This document shows positions 7,151-14,118 of a stretch of 14,759 nt of DNA, in pieces (position 1 is the first letter of the stretch; every line of letters starts with the position of its first letter). Position numbers and translations under genes: made by a program. The stretch is from Deltaproteobacteria bacterium (GTDB taxonomy: Bacteria > Myxococcota_A > UBA9160 > SMWR01), in assembly GCA_032128115.1 (NCBI GenBank), contig JAQBHB010000009.1:1-14759 (forward strand), read 5' to 3'. The notes under the pieces were generated by a model. That model was not told where the DNA came from. It worked only from the letters and a program-made list of their open reading frames with translations, and made no database searches.

Positions 7151-7926
7151 GGTCGCCTGCCATCGAGGCCGTGGGATTCCGCACCGTTGCCGGTATCGAA
7201 CAACTGGGTCGGCTGGCGCTGTTCGTGGGGCAGGTCGCCCTGCGCTGCGTACGGCCGCCGTTCCGGTCGCGGCGCCTGGTGGGCGAGATCTACGACGTGG
7301 GTGTGCTCTCGCTGGCCGTGATCTGCCTGTCCGGAGCCACCGTGGGGGCTGTGCTCGCGCTGCAGGGCTACACCACGCTGGCGCGCTTCGGGGCCGAGGG
7401 ATCCCTGGGCGCCGTGGTGGGTCTATCGCTGGTGCGTGAGCTGGGTCCCGTGCTGACCGCGCTGCTGGTCACTGGTCGCGCCGGGTCGGCCATGGCCGCA
7501 GGAATCGCGTCCATGGTCACCACCGAGCAGCTCGACGGGCTGCGGATGATGTCGGTCGACCCCATGGCCTTCGTGGTGACCCCGAAGGCCCTGGCCATGG
7601 TCCTGGTCATGCCACTGCTCAACGGGTTGTTCATCGTGTTTGCGATCTTCGGCGGCTACCTCGTCGGGGTCGAGCTCCTGGGGGTGGACGGAGGCCAGTA
7701 TTTGACCAGCCTGGAGAGCTCCATCGATCTCGGCGACGACGTGGCAGGCAGCTTCGTCAAGGCCATCACCTTCGGATCGCTCGTGGGTTTCATCGCCACC
7801 TACCGCGGCTATTTCAGCGAGGCCACGGCCGCGGGGGTGAGTGCCGCCACCACGGGAACGGTGGTGGTGAGTTCCGTGGCGATCCTGATTTCCGATTACG
7901 TCATCACCGCGCTGTGGGGCGTGTGA
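7147..7926 (+). CDS. mlaE: MlaE family lipid ABC transporter permease
   Basis: RELGPVLTALLVTGRAGSAMAA, EQLDGLRMMSVDP and GVSAATTGTVV motifs, several TM segments, and a GTGA overlap with the mlaF stop. Confidence 0.95.
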   Translation: MRSPAIEAVGFRTVAGIEQLGRLALFVGQVALRCVRPPFRSRRLVGEIYDVGVLSLAVICLSGATVGAVLALQGYTTLARFGAEGSLGAVVGLSLVRELGPVLTALLVTGRAGSAMAAGIASMVTTEQLDGLRMMSVDPMAFVVTPKALAMVLVMPLLNGLFIVFAIFGGYLVGVELLGVDGGQYLTSLESSIDLGDDVAGSFVKAITFGSLVGFIATYRGYFSEATAAGVSAATTGTVVVSSVAILISDYVITALWGV

Positions 7927-7957
7927 ACGTGGCCGCTGCCCCGTGGGAGGATCGATC

Positions 7958-8419
7958 GTGAAGGCATCGCCGATTCGTGACCTGGTCGTGGGATTGTTCG
8001 TCCTGGCCGGGCTCGCGGCCATCGGATATCTGACGATCCAACTGGGCGGCGTGTCGTATGCGGGCCCGGGGGGGCTCGAACTCTACGCGTCGTTCGACGA
8101 GATCGGAGGCCTTTCGCGCCGCTCGCCGGTCCGGATCTCGGGGGTGAAGGTCGGGCAGGTCACCGCCGTCGAACTCGATGACTTCCTGAGGGCTCGGGTT
8201 ACGCTGGATCTGGACCCGAGCGTGAGGCTGCCCGTGGACAGCAAGGCCGAAATCCGGACCTCCGGGGTGCTTGGCGACCAGTTCGTGGCCCTGGAGCCCG
8301 GAGCCGAGGACGAGTTCCTCACTGCTGGCGAAGAACTCGCGTTCACCCAGGACGCCATCTCCATCGAGCGCCTGGTTGGCAAGTTCATGAACAGCGACGA
8401 CGGCGACGACAAGCAATGA
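7958..8419 (+). CDS. mlaD: MlaD/MCE-domain lipid-binding protein
   Basis: N-terminal TM (DLVVGLFVLAG), MCE motifs FDEIGGL..SPVRISGVKVGQV and IRTSGVLGDQFVALEPG. GTG at 7958 has GGAGG at 7946-7950. Confidence 0.95.
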   Translation: MKASPIRDLVVGLFVLAGLAAIGYLTIQLGGVSYAGPGGLELYASFDEIGGLSRRSPVRISGVKVGQVTAVELDDFLRARVTLDLDPSVRLPVDSKAEIRTSGVLGDQFVALEPGAEDEFLTAGEELAFTQDAISIERLVGKFMNSDDGDDKQ

Positions 8420-9204
8420 TGGCTCCCCGGTCTCCCGGAAACGCGACGAGAGCCGTGGCGAGCGCCGGCTTCTGCCTGCTCGCCCTGACCTCCCTGGCGC
8501 TCGAAGCCAGGGCCCAGGGGGTGGAGGAGACCGTCAACGACCCCTGGGAGGGCATGAACCGGTCTTTCTTCAACTTCAACGACCGTCTCGATCGCTGGTT
8601 TCTCGAGCCCGTTGCCAAGGGCTGGGATTTCCTGCTGCCCCACAGCTTCCAGGTCTCGTTGCGCAACGTCACCGACAACGCCCGGTTCCCGGTGGTGTTC
8701 TTGAACGACCTGCTGCAGCTGCGCTTCGGCGACTCGCTGGAGGACGTGTCGCGCTTCGTGGTGAACACCAGCGTGGGCATCGGGGGGCTGTTCGACCCGG
8801 CCACCCACTGGGGGCTCGAGGACAACAACGAGGACTTCGGGCAGACCCTGGGCCACTGGGGGATGCCGCCGGGCCCCTATCTGGTATTGCCCATCTTCGG
8901 ACCCTCGAGCCCCAGGGACGCGGTGGGGCGGATCGCCGATGGGGCCACCCAGGTGCACCCCTACTTCCTGAATTTCGTGGTCAATCTGGCCATCGGCACG
9001 ACCGATGTCGTCAATCGGCGAACGCTGCTTCTGGACATCATTCGCGAGGAACGGGCCCAGGCGTTCGACTTCTACGCCTCGGTGCGGAACGCCTACATCG
9101 CACTGCGGGAGAACCAGATCCGGGAATCCGAGACCCCGGATGACGAGTCAACCGATGATCTCTACTACATCGAAGAATCCGAAGACCTGGAAGACCTGGA
9201 GTAG
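8416..9204 (+). CDS. mlaA: MlaA/VacJ family outer-membrane lipid asymmetry protein
   Basis: DPWEGMNR..F.FN, RFVVNTSVGIGGLFDPA, EDFGQTLGHWG, GPYLVLPIFGPSSPRDAVG and D.Y..VRNAY. ATGA overlap with the mlaD stop. Confidence 0.95.
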   Translation: MMAPRSPGNATRAVASAGFCLLALTSLALEARAQGVEETVNDPWEGMNRSFFNFNDRLDRWFLEPVAKGWDFLLPHSFQVSLRNVTDNARFPVVFLNDLLQLRFGDSLEDVSRFVVNTSVGIGGLFDPATHWGLEDNNEDFGQTLGHWGMPPGPYLVLPIFGPSSPRDAVGRIADGATQVHPYFLNFVVNLAIGTTDVVNRRTLLLDIIREERAQAFDFYASVRNAYIALRENQIRESETPDDESTDDLYYIEESEDLEDLE

Positions 9205-9811
9205 GGGCGCCGCGACGGCACTGGCCTGCGCGACGGCGTTGCTGGCCCTGCCGGGGCCAGCGGCGTCGGAGACGCTCGGGCCCAAGGCTGTGATCGAGGA
9301 ACTCGTGGAGCGGGCGCTCGCAGTGCTCAACGACCCCGGCCTGGACAAGGCACAGCGCATCGCGGCCCTGGAGACGATCGCTCTCGACCGCTTCGACTTC
9401 TACACCATGTCGAAGCTGGTGTTGGCCAAGAACTGGAAGCGTTTCTCGAAGGAGCAGCAGGAGGAATTCCAGACCGAGTTCAAGGACTACCTGTCAAGCA
9501 ACTACGGCAGCCGCATCGACCGTTTCGATCAGGAGAAGGTGGAGGTCCTGGGAGAGCGCGAGGAGCAGCGGGGTGACGTCACGGTCTTTACCAAGATCGT
9601 GGGCGGCGAGTTCAACGAGGCCGTGATCAATTACCGATTGCGCAAGCGAAAGGATCGCTGGCAGGTGATCGACGTGGTCGTCGAGGGCATCAGCTTCGTT
9701 TCCAACTACCGCGACCAGTTCCGCGAGGTGCTGTCCGAGGGAGGTCCCGATCAACTTCTGGCGAAGCTTCGCGAGAAGAATCTGCAGGGCCCCGACACCG
9801 ACGAGAGCTGA
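9155..9811 (+). CDS. mlaC: MlaC/Ttg2D periplasmic phospholipid shuttle
   Basis: FDFYTMSKLVLAKNW, EQQEEF..EF..YL..NY and YRL..WQVIDVVVEGISFVSNYRDQF. The signal peptide follows ATG 9155 (alternative ATG 9140), which lies inside the 3' end of mlaA. Confidence 0.92.
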   Translation: MISTTSKNPKTWKTWSRGAATALACATALLALPGPAASETLGPKAVIEELVERALAVLNDPGLDKAQRIAALETIALDRFDFYTMSKLVLAKNWKRFSKEQQEEFQTEFKDYLSSNYGSRIDRFDQEKVEVLGEREEQRGDVTVFTKIVGGEFNEAVINYRLRKRKDRWQVIDVVVEGISFVSNYRDQFREVLSEGGPDQLLAKLREKNLQGPDTDES

Positions 9812-9814
9812 GTT

Positions 9815-9836
9815 CGGAAGGCCCCCCGGCCTCCCG
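9815..9836 (+). terminator. Possible hairpin terminating the mla operon
   Basis: CGGAAGGCC-cccc-GGCCTCCCG (9-bp stem with one mismatch) just after the mlaC stop. The U-tract is weak (CTTGACATT). Confidence 0.3.
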
Positions 9837-9837
9837 C

Positions 9838-9866
9838 TTGACATTGCCACGCCCGCGCCATAGAAC
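9838..9866 (+). promoter_or_regulatory. Sigma70-type promoter
   Basis: Perfect -35 TTGACA (9838-9843), 17 nt spacer, -10 TAGAAC (9861-9866), followed by an AGGAGG RBS (9896-9901) and TTG at 9907. Confidence 0.65.
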
Positions 9867-9906
9867 CCCATCCGAGGCGGCGATTCCGTCGCGGAAGGAG
9901 GAGTTC

Positions 9907-10638
9907 TTGGGCACCCCCAGCTACCAGATCCAGGGCAGGGAAGTGACGTTTCCGGTGGTCGTCCGCCACGCCACCTCCGGGTCGGCCACGTTTCCCGTGT
10001 TGGCCGAGGCCGCGCGCCGGCTGTTGCCCGGGCCCGAACTCGAGGTGGCCGAGGTCTGGCCCGGACGCGCGCTCTGCAGCCTCGCGATCATCGACTACAA
10101 GGACAACGACCTGGGCGACTACAACGAGGTCTCGATTGCCTTCTTCGTGCGGCCTCGCTCAAAGTCCCGCGGAATCCCGTACCTGGGCTCGGTGATGGAT
10201 CTGATGCGCGGCCGATTGGGCAGCTACATCCACCACCTGCCCGTGAATCAGGGCTTCACCTGCGAGGCGGGCTCCAGGATCTGGGGCTTCCCCAAGACCG
10301 TGCAGCAGATCGACTTCGAATATCAGCAGGACCGGGCCAGCTGCAGCCTGGTGTACGAGGGCGAGCACGCCCTCACATTGTCGCTGCCTCGCGGCGGGAC
10401 GAAGACGCTGCCCGACAAAGAGATGGTGACCTATACCTGGATCGACGGCGCGCTGCACCGCTGCCCCTTCACCTCCGGGGCCGACGGCTTCGGGGTGAAG
10501 TTCGGCGGTGCCGAACTCGTCCTGGGCAGAGGTCCCATCGCCGACGAGCTGCGCAGCCTGGGCCTGCCCCGCAGCGCGATCATGACCACGTGGATGGAAC
10601 ACATGCGCGGCCGCTTCGGCCCCGCCGAGAAGCTCTAG
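9907..10638 (+). CDS. Acetoacetate decarboxylase-like (ADC) superfamily protein
   Basis: DY...DLGDYNE and G..IWGFPK (Schiff-base Lys motif). TTG 9907 sits 5 nt after AGGAGG, whereas the ORF-track TTG at 9838 is part of the -35 box. Confidence 0.85.
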   Translation: MGTPSYQIQGREVTFPVVVRHATSGSATFPVLAEAARRLLPGPELEVAEVWPGRALCSLAIIDYKDNDLGDYNEVSIAFFVRPRSKSRGIPYLGSVMDLMRGRLGSYIHHLPVNQGFTCEAGSRIWGFPKTVQQIDFEYQQDRASCSLVYEGEHALTLSLPRGGTKTLPDKEMVTYTWIDGALHRCPFTSGADGFGVKFGGAELVLGRGPIADELRSLGLPRSAIMTTWMEHMRGRFGPAEKL

Positions 10639-10644
10639 CCCGAG

Positions 10645-10688
10645 CGCACCCGAAAGGTCAGGCCGACCGCACCCGAAAGGTCAGGCCG
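10645..10688. repeat. Perfect 21-bp direct repeat x2 (23-bp period) between convergent genes
   Basis: CGCACCCGAAAGGTCAGGCCG at 10645-10665 and 10668-10688. The second copy contains the methyltransferase stop codon. Confidence 0.9.
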
Positions 10689-11505
10689 TTGCCGCGATGT
10701 AGGCGATCCAGGCCGGATCGTCCAGCGCCTTGTCGCGCCTGGTGAAGACTCCGTTGCCCTCGTCGGTCTCGCTGTCCGTGTTTTCCCAGTAGATCTCCAC
10801 TTTCGAGAAGCCGGCCTCCACGAGCAGCTCCTGGATCTCCGGGAGCGTCCACAGGCGCCACTCGTAGCTGAAGGCGCGTCGCATCCGGCTGCCGTCCCGG
10901 AACTCGAAGTGGATGTGGTTCACGGCCTCGTGGCTGATGGGGTCGAAGATGTACTGGTCCCAGACGTAGCGGTACCGCTTCACGGGACGCTTCTCTTCCT
11001 GGGTGCGCTGGGCGTCGGCTCCGCCGTAGGCGTCCAGCACCAGGATTCCCTCCTCCTTCAGGGTGGCCCGGGCTGCTTCGAAGTAGTGACGCAGCTCGGG
11101 CCGCGTCTTGAACAGGAAGTAGGAGAAGTTGAACCCTACCGTCACGTCCACACGCTCGTGGCCGATGTCGCGCACGTCGCCCTCGATCAGTTTCACGCGG
11201 GACGCCTGGCTCGGCGTGAGCGCGGCAATGTTGTGCTCGCGTCCCCAGGCCAGGGGCGCAGGATCCAGGTCGATTCCCCAGGCCCGGTTCTCCCTGTGCT
11301 TTTCCACCCAGCGACGCGCCAGCAGGGCGGTTCCGCAGAAGTCCTCTCGCAGCAGGCGCGGAGGTCGCGCGAAGTGCTTGCGGAAGATCCGGCCAATCAG
11401 ATCGACGTCCGCTTCCGCGTCCTGGACGCTCTCCTCGTAGAGGGCGTAGCGGTCGGCCCGCTGGGCCTCGGTCTTGCGGCTCTGGCGGCCGCCCTTGTTC
11501 TTCAT
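10681..11505 (-). CDS. Class I SAM-dependent methyltransferase (uncharacterised family)
   Basis: Motif I variant LREDFCGTA, then GIDLD, IEGDV, GFNFSY, LKEEGILVLDAYGG and FSYEWRLWTLPEI. ATG 11505 (MKNKGG). The extension to 11973 is antisense to the next gene. Confidence 0.85.
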   Translation of the reverse strand: MKNKGGRQSRKTEAQRADRYALYEESVQDAEADVDLIGRIFRKHFARPPRLLREDFCGTALLARRWVEKHRENRAWGIDLDPAPLAWGREHNIAALTPSQASRVKLIEGDVRDIGHERVDVTVGFNFSYFLFKTRPELRHYFEAARATLKEEGILVLDAYGGADAQRTQEEKRPVKRYRYVWDQYIFDPISHEAVNHIHFEFRDGSRMRRAFSYEWRLWTLPEIQELLVEAGFSKVEIYWENTDSETDEGNGVFTRRDKALDDPAWIAYIAATA

Positions 11506-11646
11506 GATTCCACGTCCATGGCGAGGGGTTGGAGTCCGGGGGGAGGCCGCATGCTCGCGCATCGGGGCCGGGACCTCAACGGGGGATCGAATATCCCGCG
11601 ATCGGCTGCGTCGAATCCGGCAGAGGCTGAGAAAAGGAGGCAATCC

Positions 11647-12042
11647 ATGAGCCGCAAGAACCGATCGCGAGTCGCGAGGATTCCCATGGCCGCGCTGAGC
11701 GCGCTTGCCCTGCTCGCGGCGATGCCGATGCCGGCATCGGCCGGCCACGAGAAGTGGGATCGCCATCACAGGCACTGCCAACACGCCGATCACGACCGGG
11801 ACCACCACCGGGATCGCTACGGTCGCTACGACGATCGTTACGTGCGCCACCTGGCGACCCACATTCGCCGAGCGTCGGTGCGCGAGGCGCGCATCCATCG
11901 CTACACGTGCGGGCCCTGCAACTACCGCTTCGCCGATCGCGGTGACTTCCATCGGCATCTGATCTTCAAGCACCAGATTTCACCGCTACGGCTGCCGTTC
12001 GTGGTGATCCATCACTCGCTGGGCTGGATCTTCTACGGCTGA
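11647..12042 (+). CDS. Small secreted His-rich protein with a classical C2H2 zinc-finger motif (131 aa)
   Basis: Strong RBS AAAAGGAGG (11632-11640) 6 nt before ATG 11647. Basic n-region, hydrophobic h-region and ASA|G cleavage site, then a His/Asp/Arg-rich tract, then YTCGPCNYRFADRGDFHRHLIFKH. It is the real 3' part of ORF 10909..12042 and fills an otherwise empty gap. Confidence 0.82.
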   Translation: MSRKNRSRVARIPMAALSALALLAAMPMPASAGHEKWDRHHRHCQHADHDRDHHRDRYGRYDDRYVRHLATHIRRASVREARIHRYTCGPCNYRFADRGDFHRHLIFKHQISPLRLPFVVIHHSLGWIFYG

Positions 12043-12887
12043 TCCAGCGGCTGCAGCCCGGAGAGCAACCCGTCGCCCTGCCACCCGCTGAGCAGGGCGG
12101 CGGCGCGTTCGGGCGCGGCGTCGTCGCCCACCTGCCGGGAGATCTGCTCGCAGAGCGTTGCGAACGACGCGCCGCTTCTCGCGAGATGGAGGGCCTCGCC
12201 TTCCGGGCGCTCGATGGGTCTCTGGAAGACCCGCTCGTCGCGGCGCCACACGCACACCGACCCGGGCGTGGGCTCGAGACGGGTGGGCACCTGGCCATCC
12301 CGGTCCCAGCGGTCGCGCACCCGGTCCACCGGCCAGTGAAGGTCCAGGATCCTGAGGGAGGGGTGGAACACGAAGCACAGAGTGCTCCAATCCTCCGGTG
12401 CCACCCGGGTCAGGGCCTCCCGGCTCAGGGTGGGGGCGTCGTTGGCATCGAACGCATCCACCAGGGCCCACTCCAGTCGGGCCAGGTCGCGCGCAAAGGG
12501 GCAGCGGCGCAAGAACGGCTCGGCCGCAGCGTCTGCGAGGAACTCCGCGAGTCGATCTCCCGCGTGGCGAAGCGAGGGGTGCCGGGGCGGGTGGCGGAAG
12601 AGGTAGGCGGTGATCAGGTCGTGGAAGCCGTCGTCGCCCAGGCAGGCCGCCAGCGCCGGCAGGTCCTGACGCAGGCAATCCAGGATCCGGTAGAAGTAGG
12701 CGTTCGCGTAGATCTCCAGGCGCCCTGCCGCCGATACCCGCTCGTCGCCGCGCACCAGGGCCGAGAGCGAATCTCCGTGCGGGTCGCCTTCCTCGCGCAA
12801 GGCGGCGCGCACGCCCTCAGGTGCGGTGATCAGTTGCCACAGGCGACGTTGGGTTTCGCAGAGCGTCGGGTGGCTGGCTCGCGTCAT
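12033..12887 (-). CDS. bufC: DUF2063-type MNIO partner protein (BufC/HvfC-like)
   Basis: Q......I, RLEIYANAYFYRI...L...LPAL...LGDDGF...ITAY...HPP...SL..AG..LAEFL and DLARLEWAL, directly downstream of a DUF692 gene. ATG 12887 has GGGAG upstream. Confidence 0.88.
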   Translation of the reverse strand: MTRASHPTLCETQRRLWQLITAPEGVRAALREEGDPHGDSLSALVRGDERVSAAGRLEIYANAYFYRILDCLRQDLPALAACLGDDGFHDLITAYLFRHPPRHPSLRHAGDRLAEFLADAAAEPFLRRCPFARDLARLEWALVDAFDANDAPTLSREALTRVAPEDWSTLCFVFHPSLRILDLHWPVDRVRDRWDRDGQVPTRLEPTPGSVCVWRRDERVFQRPIERPEGEALHLARSGASFATLCEQISRQVGDDAAPERAAALLSGWQGDGLLSGLQPLDQP

Positions 12888-13761
12888 GTCTGCTCTCCCT
12901 TGCAAAGACCCGCTCTGCCACGGCGCGCGCGCGCAGGGCCTCGCGCTCCATCTCGTCCAGGTCCGGGATCCGGTCGTCCCACTCGATCAGGGTCGACACG
13001 GGGCCGATGCGTTCCAGGGCGTGGGCGTACAGGGCCCACACTTCGTCGCGCACCGGATGGTCGTGGCTGTCGATCAGGAGCGGCCCCTGCTGGCTGTGTC
13101 CGGCCAGGTGGATCTGGAACACCCGCTCGCTTGGCACCGCGTCCAGGTATTCGATCGGGTCGAAGGCGTGGTTGTGGGCGCTCACGAACACGTTGTTCAC
13201 ATCGAGCAGGATTCCGCAATCGGCCGCGTCGGCGACCGCCGTCAGGAATTCCCACTCGGTCATCTCGTCGGCCTGGTAGCTCAGGTAGGAGGACACATTC
13301 TCGACGGCCATGCGGCGCCCGATCCGCTCCTGCACGCGCCGGATGCGTTGGGCTACGTGCGCAACCGATGCCTGCGTGTAGGGCAGGGGAAGCAGGTCGT
13401 GCAGATGGGCGCCGCCCACACCCGTCCAGCACAGGTGGTCCGTCACCCACGCGGGGTCTACCCGGTCCACCAGCCGCACCAGGGCGTCCAGGTAGTTCTC
13501 GTCCAGCGGGTCCGAGGAGCCCAGATTGAGCGAAACTCCGTGCAGGGCCACCGGCGCGTAGCCGCGCACCTGGTCGAGCACACGCAGCGGCCGCCCGCCG
13601 GACACCATGTAGTTCTCGCTCAGGGCTTCGAACCACTCCACGCGCAGCTCGCCCCGAGGCGCCCGCCGCAGGATCTCGGCCTGGTGGGTCGGGCGCAGTC
13701 CGATGCCGAAGCCCAGATCGGGGGCCTCCGGGGGGCGGGCGTGGGGTGTGGATCGGGTCAC
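12817..13761 (-). CDS. bufB: DUF692 multinuclear non-heme iron oxidative enzyme (MNIO; BufB/HvfB/MbnB/TglH/ChrH family)
   Basis: GFGIGLR, WFEALSENYM, HGVSLNLG, TDHLCW, HDLLPLPYT, ENVSSY, LLDVNNVFVS, IHLAGH, IDSH and IEWDD, so the expected iron-ligand motifs are present. GTG start 6 nt after the precursor stop. Confidence 0.96.
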   Translation of the reverse strand: MTRSTPHARPPEAPDLGFGIGLRPTHQAEILRRAPRGELRVEWFEALSENYMVSGGRPLRVLDQVRGYAPVALHGVSLNLGSSDPLDENYLDALVRLVDRVDPAWVTDHLCWTGVGGAHLHDLLPLPYTQASVAHVAQRIRRVQERIGRRMAVENVSSYLSYQADEMTEWEFLTAVADAADCGILLDVNNVFVSAHNHAFDPIEYLDAVPSERVFQIHLAGHSQQGPLLIDSHDHPVRDEVWALYAHALERIGPVSTLIEWDDRIPDLDEMEREALRARAVAERVFARESRHDASQPPDALRNPTSPVATDHRT

Positions 13762-13767
13762 GGGGGC

Positions 13768-14010
13768 TCACTCTTCGTTCTTCTCCTGGGCCTTCTTGCA
13801 CTCCTCGGGCGTGAGCATCACGAAGCCCTTGCCCTTGCAGGAGTTGTGGCCGGAGCAGTCACTGGTGGCCGTCTTGCAGTCAGAATGGCCCTTGCAGGCG
13901 TTGGCTCCATCGCACTTGATCTTCGCCTCCGCGGCGCTGGCGGTCGTCGCACCACCCGCGATGAAGATCGCTGCGGCGGCGGACGCCAGAAGGATTGATC
14001 TGGACTTCAT
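13768..14010 (-). CDS. bufA: Six-Cys bufferin-type (BufA2-like) secreted RiPP precursor
   Basis: Sec signal (MKSRSILLASAAAAIFIAGGATTASA|A) and core KCDGANACKGHSDCKTATSDCSGHNSCKGKGFVMLTPEECKK with 6 Cys and a duplicated CxGxNxCKG. AGGAGG RBS at 14025-14020. First gene before the DUF692 and DUF2063 genes. Confidence 0.9.
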   Translation of the reverse strand: MKSRSILLASAAAAIFIAGGATTASAAEAKIKCDGANACKGHSDCKTATSDCSGHNSCKGKGFVMLTPEECKKAQEKNEE

Positions 14011-14050
14011 GGAAATGAACCTCCTAGGTTCTGGTTGGGTCAGGGCTTAG

Positions 14051-14068
14051 ATGCGCCAGTTGGCGCAT
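14051..14068. promoter_or_regulatory. Perfect inverted repeat upstream of the bufferin precursor (candidate operator)
   Basis: ATGCGCCA-GT-TGGCGCAT, 8-bp arms with a 2-nt spacer, flanked on the minus strand by TTGAAT (14076-14071) and TCTAA (14051-14047). Confidence 0.55.
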
Positions 14069-14089
14069 GGATTCAAGTGAAATTTCGAT

Positions 14090-14118
14090 TTCGGGTGGGG
14101 TGATCTGCGTCACCCGAA
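14090..14118 (-). terminator. Hairpin immediately after the metH stop
   Basis: Minus strand TTCGGGTG-N13-CACCCGAA (8-bp stem), with an alternative inner stem GGGTGA-CGCAGA-TCACCC. No adjacent U-run. Confidence 0.4.

Noticed and set aside
10645..10688. Mini CRISPR array
   Set aside because: Only two 21-bp copies separated by 2 nt, with no spacers and no cas genes.
10681..11505. Methyltransferase as a tailoring enzyme of the MNIO RiPP cluster
   Set aside because: It is on the same strand but separated by an oppositely oriented gene and has its own upstream gap. Nothing in the sequence ties it to the peptide, though neighbourhood conservation could reopen this.
11905..11925. Heme-binding motif in the small secreted protein
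   Set aside because: The sequence is CGPCN, not CxxCH, and the downstream spacing fits C2H2 instead.
10909..11973. N-terminal extensions of ORFs 10909..12042 (+) and 10681..11973 (-)
   Set aside because: Each extension is the antisense of the other real gene. Plausible starts at 11647 (strong RBS) and 11505 give two divergent non-overlapping genes.
12186..13998. Long ORFs 12186..13529, 12826..13998 and 12884..13801
   Set aside because: Antisense or alternative-frame shadows of bufB and bufC with no recognisable motifs.
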